From assembly GCA_002412885.1 (NCBI GenBank), contig DHVX01000042.1, forward strand, positions 9,092 through 73,091: a stretch of DNA of 64,000 nt, written 5' to 3'. The position numbers and the translations under genes were made by a program. Positions 58,362 through 64,000 of this stretch are shown in pieces. The DNA comes from Bacteroidales bacterium UBA5197. Lineage in GTDB: Bacteria; Bacteroidota; Bacteroidia; Bacteroidales; Lentimicrobiaceae. The notes beneath the pieces were generated by a model. The model made no database searches. It saw only the letters and a program-made list of their open reading frames with translations, and had not been told where the DNA came from. Position 1 is the first letter of the stretch. Each line of letters starts with the position of its first letter.

Positions 58362-60479
58362 ATGAAATCAAGACTACTTCTTTTTATTGTATTGGCTCTG
58401 TTGCCGGCATTTAATGCCCTGGCCGATATTGTTGACCGTGAATCTGCTGCAATGGTTGCGCGCAATTTCTTTTATGAGCGTCAGGTTCAGAGTGGCGTTA
58501 ATACCGACATGGATGCTGTGGTTCCTGTTTGGTTAAGTACCAAAATGGCAAGTGATCAACCAGTGTATCATGTTTTTAATTTTCAGGATGGTGGTTACGT
58601 TATTGTTTCTGCTGAAGATGCTTACTCTCCGGTTATCGGATATTCGCCAGACGGTTACTTCCCCGCAGGAAGCCTTGAGCAGAATTTTGGCAGTTTCCTG
58701 AAAGGATATGAAGATCAGATTGTTTTCATTCGTGATAACAATACCAGTCAAACCAGCGAAATAAAGAACTCATGGCAGTATTATACTTCCATGAACACAA
58801 CAAGAATGTCGTTTACCGGCGGAAGAGATATGGAGCCTTTGCTTCCTGTATTGTGGAATCAGGATTTTCCTTACAACGCTTACTGCCCGCTTGATGCTGC
58901 CGGACCTGGCGGACATGTGTATGCAGGTTGCGTTGCTACTGCTATGTCGATGATTATGAATTATTACCGTTATCCCGAACACGGAACCGGAAGTTATTCA
59001 TACAATTATGGCTCCTATGGCAACATCAGCGCAAATTTTGGACAGACCTATTACGATTGGGATGCTATGCTCAATTCAATTACATCAGGAAGCGGTAGAG
59101 CTGTGAATGCAATTGCAGAGCTCCAGTATCAGTGTGGTGTAAGTGTGCGGATGATGTATGGTCCCGATGGGTCAGGAGCTTACAGCGAAGACGTTCCTTA
59201 TGCACTTCGCACTTATTTCGGATATTCCAGCACCGTGCAGCATGTAAGAAAAAGCAATTATTCATCAACCGCCTGGGAGAATATGATAATCGCCAGCCTT
59301 GATGAATTAAAACCGCTTTACTATTCCGGTCAGAGTACTGATGGTGGTCATGCTTTTGTGCTTGATGGTTATGAAGTAACCGGAACCGGCAAATTATTCC
59401 ATTTCAACTTTGGATGGAGCGGAAGTGGTAATGGTTTTTATACGCTTTCTGATGTTAATGGTTTCAGCAGCGGACAAGCGATGGTCCGGAATTTCTTCCC
59501 CAATCCGGCAAACTATCCTTACAACTGCAATAACCATGTAATAACTTCCCCAATGGGAATTTTTGAAGACCGTAGCGGCCCGCTTTCAAACTATCTGTCC
59601 AACAAGTCATGCTCATGGTTGATTGCTCCCGAAGATTCTGTAACCTCAATTTCATTGACTTTCAATTCATTTGATCTGGCTGAAGGCGATGCAGTAAATG
59701 TTTACGATGGCGCAGATGTAAGTGCACCACTTATCGCAAGTTATTCGATGAATGCTGCCACCACTGTATTGACTTCTACAGGAAGCCGCATGTTTATTGA
59801 ATTTCTGACCGATGGAGCCAATGAGGCCAAAGGTTTTATTGCTCAGTTTAACTCAACTTATCCTGTTTTCTGCTCTGGCACAATCACAATGACCGAGCCA
59901 ACCGGAACCATTACCGATGGAAGTGGTGAGCATCGCTACAACCACAATTCAATGTGTAAATGGAAAATTGAACCGGGCCCATATGCTGATAATCTTACAC
60001 TCGCTTTCACTTCATTCGATCTTGAAGAAAATAAGGATTATCTGAAAGTTTACGCACTGCCCACCAATCAGTTGATCGCCAATTTTACCGGTTCTACAAT
60101 TCCTGAACCTTTGGTTTCGCCTACCGGAAGAATGCTGATTTTGTTTACTTCCAATGGTTTTAATAACAAAGGAGGTTTCGATGCTGAATATTATATCATG
60201 AATGTCAGCGCATCGGCCAAAGAATTTACGGGAAATTTGTCGGTTTATCCCAATCCTGCAAAAACCCACACTGAGGTTAAATTCAATATTGCTGAAGCCA
60301 CAAAGGCTGTTTTCGGACTCTATGACTTAACCGGTCGCGAAGTTTATCAGGAAACTGCAACCCTGAACTCAGGATTCAATAGCAAGGTTTTGCAACTGAG
60401 CAATCTGAAAAGTGGAGTTTACCTGCTCAGAATCAGCAGTGAAAAAGGAATCGTTTCAAGAAAACTAATTGTAGAGTAA
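58362..60479 (+). CDS. T9SS-secreted C10 (streptopain-like) cysteine protease with two CUB domains
   Basis: Propeptide GGYVIVSA..PVIGYS; W.Q..PYN; GCVATAM; GHAFVLDG; HFNFGW; CUB motifs CSWLI..F..FDL..D....YDG; YPNPA CTD. Confidence 0.9.
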   Translation: MKSRLLLFIVLALLPAFNALADIVDRESAAMVARNFFYERQVQSGVNTDMDAVVPVWLSTKMASDQPVYHVFNFQDGGYVIVSAEDAYSPVIGYSPDGYFPAGSLEQNFGSFLKGYEDQIVFIRDNNTSQTSEIKNSWQYYTSMNTTRMSFTGGRDMEPLLPVLWNQDFPYNAYCPLDAAGPGGHVYAGCVATAMSMIMNYYRYPEHGTGSYSYNYGSYGNISANFGQTYYDWDAMLNSITSGSGRAVNAIAELQYQCGVSVRMMYGPDGSGAYSEDVPYALRTYFGYSSTVQHVRKSNYSSTAWENMIIASLDELKPLYYSGQSTDGGHAFVLDGYEVTGTGKLFHFNFGWSGSGNGFYTLSDVNGFSSGQAMVRNFFPNPANYPYNCNNHVITSPMGIFEDRSGPLSNYLSNKSCSWLIAPEDSVTSISLTFNSFDLAEGDAVNVYDGADVSAPLIASYSMNAATTVLTSTGSRMFIEFLTDGANEAKGFIAQFNSTYPVFCSGTITMTEPTGTITDGSGEHRYNHNSMCKWKIEPGPYADNLTLAFTSFDLEENKDYLKVYALPTNQLIANFTGSTIPEPLVSPTGRMLILFTSNGFNNKGGFDAEYYIMNVSASAKEFTGNLSVYPNPAKTHTEVKFNIAEATKAVFGLYDLTGREVYQETATLNSGFNSKVLQLSNLKSGVYLLRISSEKGIVSRKLIVE

Positions 60480-60519
60480 TAAATTTATAAAGAGCTGATT
60501 ATCTGATCGCTCTGACCTG

Positions 60520-60556
60520 GAGGGAAGTTTTACTTAATGTAGAACTTCCCTTTTTG
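60520..60556 (+). terminator. Intrinsic terminator
   Basis: AGGGAAGTT...AACTTCCCT followed by TTTT. Confidence 0.75.
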
Positions 60557-60605
60557 TATTTTTCATTTTGCTTTTATGTACTTTTGGAATCTTAATTATT
60601 AAAAA

Positions 60606-62714
60606 ATGATAAAAAGAATTACCACATTATTAATTTCAGTTCTTTTGGCTTCGCAGGTTTTTGCCGGAGGAATTTCAGAGCAAAACGCTCATAAAGTTGC
60701 CAAAGCATTTATGCACAGCAACGCTTTGTCAAATGCCGGTGTTAGTTTTGAATCGCTTGAAACATTGCCTGCCCTTGTCCTTTCAAGCAATACCCCGCTG
60801 CTTTATGCAGTCAATTTTGCAAAAGGTGGTTTTGTGTTGGTTTCGGCTACTGATGCTGCTTATCCCGTTGTTGGTTATTCCCCTGCCGGATCTTTTTCAA
60901 TGCAAAACCAATCTCCATCGCTCATTGGCTGGATGGCTGGGTATGAACTTCAGCTTCAGGAAATCATTGATCAGCAGCTTCAGGCAACCGCCGAAATTGA
61001 ACTTGCATGGAATGATCTTTTAAATTATGACCCCGATAAATCTGCATCAGGCAGAAATAATCGCCAGGTTGAACCGCTTCTTCCCTGCACCTGGAATCAG
61101 GGTGCTTTGTACAATGATTTATGCCCTGAAGATAACGGTGGTCCCGGCGGACATGTTTATTCAGGTTGTGTTGCTACTGCCATGTCACAAGTGATTTATT
61201 ACTGGCGCTATCCCCTGCAGGGAACAGGCACACATGGATATTATTCAAGTTACGGTTATCTTTATGTTGATTTCGCTGATGTAGCATATAGTTATGAGGA
61301 AATGCGCAATTCCATTGGTGGCGAGAGCAACTACGAGATGGCTGAAATTCAATATCATTGTGGAATTACTGTAGATATGATGTATTCTGCTTCAGGGTCA
61401 GGAGCTTACAGCCATGATGCAGCAGAAGCACTCAGAAGTCATTTTGGTTTTTCCAATGACCTTTCTCTGGAATACAAAGACAATTATTCAACTGCTGCAT
61501 GGGCTTCATTGCTTCAGCAAAACTTAGACAACGGTTGGCCAATGTATTACCATGGTTTCGGATCGGGTGGTCATGCTTTTAATGTTGATGGATATCAGGG
61601 TGATGATTTCTTTCATTTCAACTGGGGATGGGGCGGTTCTGCCAACGGGTATTTCTACCTCAACAACCTGAATCCCAACGGAAGCAATTTCACCAGTGGT
61701 CAGGGTGCAATCGTTAATTTTGTCCCTGCCGGCAACTATCCTTATTATTGCGATGGCGTAAAAACACTCACCCGCCACAACGGCACCATCGAAGACGGCT
61801 CAGGGCCTGTGGATGGATATATTTCCGGACTTGAATGCGGATGGCTCATCGCTCCGATGGATTCCGTTACAAATCTGACCGTTAATTTTGAAAAATTCGG
61901 GCTCACTGATGGTGAGGATGTACTGAATATTTTTGACGGGCCAGATGCTTCTTTCCCTTTATTGGGAAGTTACACAGGCAATGCCTTGCCTCCATCAGTA
62001 ACTGCATCCGGCGATAAAATGTATCTTGAATTTTTGACTTCTGGTGATCAGGGCAGTGGATTCAGGCTTTCATACAACAGCGAACGCGCAGTTTATTGCT
62101 CAGGACAAACTGTACTAAACGATGCAACAGGCATAATCGCCGACGGAAGCGGTACCCGTGATTACAACAACAACAGTGTGTGCAAATTCAGGATTGAACC
62201 TGAGGATGCTGCTTCCATTACTTTTACCTTTAACTATCTGAACACTGAGCCGGTAAATGATGCCATAAAAATTTACAACCTCGCATCGCAAACTATGGTT
62301 GGTAATTTTTCAGGGAGCGATAATCCCGGTTCAATTACTGTTCCTTCAGGAAAAGCGCTGATACTTTTTACTACCAATAGTTCAGTTACCGCTCAGGGTT
62401 GGGAAATTTCCTATACAAGTTCAACATCAGCAGTAGCAACCGAATTTGAATCGGCGGATAAACTTAAGGTAAATGTTTTTCCTGTTCCGGCCAGTCAATG
62501 GCTGAGGGTGGAGTTGAGTAACCGGGCTTCTGCGGAAGTCACACTTTCAATTCACGATCTTTCGGGCAGAAAAGTTGCCGACAATTCGCTGGTTAAGTTG
62601 GAAGGACAAAAAACCGTCATGATTCCGGTGCACACACTTTCTGATGGCATTTATTACCTCAGGTATATTTCCGAAAGTGGTTCGGGTGTCAGAAAAGTGA
62701 TGATCAGAAATTAG
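60606..62714 (+). CDS. Second C10 cysteine protease with two CUB domains and T9SS CTD
   Basis: GCVATAM, GGHAFNVDG, HFNWGW, CGWLIAP, CKFRIEP, VFPVPA..GIYYL. Confidence 0.9.
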   Translation: MIKRITTLLISVLLASQVFAGGISEQNAHKVAKAFMHSNALSNAGVSFESLETLPALVLSSNTPLLYAVNFAKGGFVLVSATDAAYPVVGYSPAGSFSMQNQSPSLIGWMAGYELQLQEIIDQQLQATAEIELAWNDLLNYDPDKSASGRNNRQVEPLLPCTWNQGALYNDLCPEDNGGPGGHVYSGCVATAMSQVIYYWRYPLQGTGTHGYYSSYGYLYVDFADVAYSYEEMRNSIGGESNYEMAEIQYHCGITVDMMYSASGSGAYSHDAAEALRSHFGFSNDLSLEYKDNYSTAAWASLLQQNLDNGWPMYYHGFGSGGHAFNVDGYQGDDFFHFNWGWGGSANGYFYLNNLNPNGSNFTSGQGAIVNFVPAGNYPYYCDGVKTLTRHNGTIEDGSGPVDGYISGLECGWLIAPMDSVTNLTVNFEKFGLTDGEDVLNIFDGPDASFPLLGSYTGNALPPSVTASGDKMYLEFLTSGDQGSGFRLSYNSERAVYCSGQTVLNDATGIIADGSGTRDYNNNSVCKFRIEPEDAASITFTFNYLNTEPVNDAIKIYNLASQTMVGNFSGSDNPGSITVPSGKALILFTTNSSVTAQGWEISYTSSTSAVATEFESADKLKVNVFPVPASQWLRVELSNRASAEVTLSIHDLSGRKVADNSLVKLEGQKTVMIPVHTLSDGIYYLRYISESGSGVRKVMIRN

Positions 62715-63718
62715 GAAATTTCAGGGGTTTCAGGTGCAGGCGGAGCTTCGGGTTTCGCCTGTTTCGTTTCCTGACGGGGGTCCACGCCATCGTATGCCCT
62801 GATGATGCGGGTCACAAGTTTGTGCCTCAAAACATCTGATTCATCAAGCATAATGAAATCAATACCAGGAACATCTTTCAAAATGATAGATGCCTGAAGC
62901 AGTCCCGATTGCTGGTGGCGGGGCAGGTCGATCTGGGTTACATCTCCGGTAATAAAGAATTTTGCAGATCTTCCCATTCGGGTCAGGAACATTTTTAACT
63001 GGCTTGATGTGGCATTCTGTGCTTCATCGAGAATTGCAAATACATTGTCCAGTGTCCGGCCGCGCATAAACGCAAGCGGTGCAATTTCGATGGTGCCGTC
63101 TTCGAGATAAGTGAGTAGCTTCTGAGGGGGAAGCATATCGCGCAAAGCATCATAAAGCGGTTGCATGTAAGGATCAAGCTTTTCTTTCATGTCGCCGGGT
63201 AAAAAGCCCAGATTTTCACCGGCTTCAACAGCCGGACGGGTAAGAATGATGCGTTTGACTTCGCGGTTTTTAAGCGCACGAACGGCTAAAGCAACCGCTG
63301 TGTATGTTTTTCCTGTTCCGGCAGGGCCGATGGCAAAAACCATATCGTTTTTTGCGACACTTTCAACAATCTTTATCTGATTGGCAGTGCGGGCTTTGAT
63401 TACCACCCCGTTACGGCCATGAACCAACACATCGGGCGGGCTATCTTTGAGGCTGCCGTTTCCGCTGCCCGGTTCGGCCAGTTGCCTGATGTCAGATTCG
63501 GCAATGGATCCGAATCTATCGAAATGAAGTATCAACAGGTGGAAAAAGTCTTCAAAAGCAACAACCTCGGATGGGTCACCAATTACTTTGAGAAATTCTC
63601 CGCGTGCAATTATTTTTAATTTCGGGTATAAATCCCTGATGGTATTTAAGTTACGATCCCCGACTCCAAAAAATTCAAGAGGACTGTGAGATTCTATGCT
63701 AAAGACTTTTTCACTCAT
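62711..63718 (-). CDS. phoH: PhoH-family ATPase
   Basis: GPAGTGKT, RPAVEAGE.LGFLPG, PLAFMRGRTL, DEAQN, GDVTQIDLP. Confidence 0.95.
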   Translation of the reverse strand: MSEKVFSIESHSPLEFFGVGDRNLNTIRDLYPKLKIIARGEFLKVIGDPSEVVAFEDFFHLLILHFDRFGSIAESDIRQLAEPGSGNGSLKDSPPDVLVHGRNGVVIKARTANQIKIVESVAKNDMVFAIGPAGTGKTYTAVALAVRALKNREVKRIILTRPAVEAGENLGFLPGDMKEKLDPYMQPLYDALRDMLPPQKLLTYLEDGTIEIAPLAFMRGRTLDNVFAILDEAQNATSSQLKMFLTRMGRSAKFFITGDVTQIDLPRHQQSGLLQASIILKDVPGIDFIMLDESDVLRHKLVTRIIRAYDGVDPRQETKQAKPEAPPAPETPEIS

Positions 63719-63933
63719 AAAAATTCAAAATTATTAAACATCAGGCTGGAAATGTTCTACCCGATTGGCAGACAGCAAAAGTAGCTGATTTTTCAGAGTG
63801 ATTTACTGATCTCGTGTACTTTTCGGCGATCAGCTTCATGAGTCGCACTTTCGTAATCTGATAGTGGTTGATGGGCTAGAGTTTGAAAGGAATTATTTTT
63901 TTTGGTTTGCTTTATTTCCTGTATTTTATCTTG

Positions 63934-64000
63934 TCAACTCTCCAACAACCATCTCCATGCTGGCATCACCTTGATTTCCATGCCGTTCTCATTAATGATT
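63934..64000 (-). CDS. 3' end of a probable AAA/DUF4143 ATP-binding protein (partial, runs off the window)
   Basis: Minus frame reads ...IINENGMEIKVMPAWRWLLES*; the I.V.PAW.WLL ending is typical of this family. Confidence 0.55.
   Translation of the reverse strand, partial: IINENGMEIKVMPAWRWLLES

Overview
Core-genome window of a Bacteroidota bacterium, probably Bacteroidales-like. Evidence: TAnnTTTG -7 promoter boxes, T9SS C-terminal domains, gldF/gldG and TonB-dependent receptors. It holds about 45 CDSs and one tRNA-Gln(UUG). Translation genes are rpmB, tRNA-Gln-rimP-nusA-infB, rsgA, dtd and a DbpA-like helicase. Metabolic genes are icd, a eukaryote-type citrate synthase, hutI, ftcD, fabH, two phosphate transporters and phoH. 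There are also tandem Fe/Mn SODs and five T9SS cargo proteins. I see no CRISPR array, rRNA, intact transposase or prophage. The most notable items are: (1) an intact archaeal-type GatE with its AspRS-like insertion, in the same window as a bacterial-type U1-A72 tRNA-Gln; (2) a second copy of the infB 3' end with only synonymous changes, abutting a REPIN-like element; (3) three unrelated families of palindromic REP/REPIN-like elements, one with four copies and an invariant 56-nt spacer; (4) a TMEM260/DUF2723-type candidate protein O-mannosyltransferase; (5) an internally deleted AAA/DUF4143 pseudogene and a Pho-box-like repeat. All family calls come from reading motifs by eye; no database search was run.
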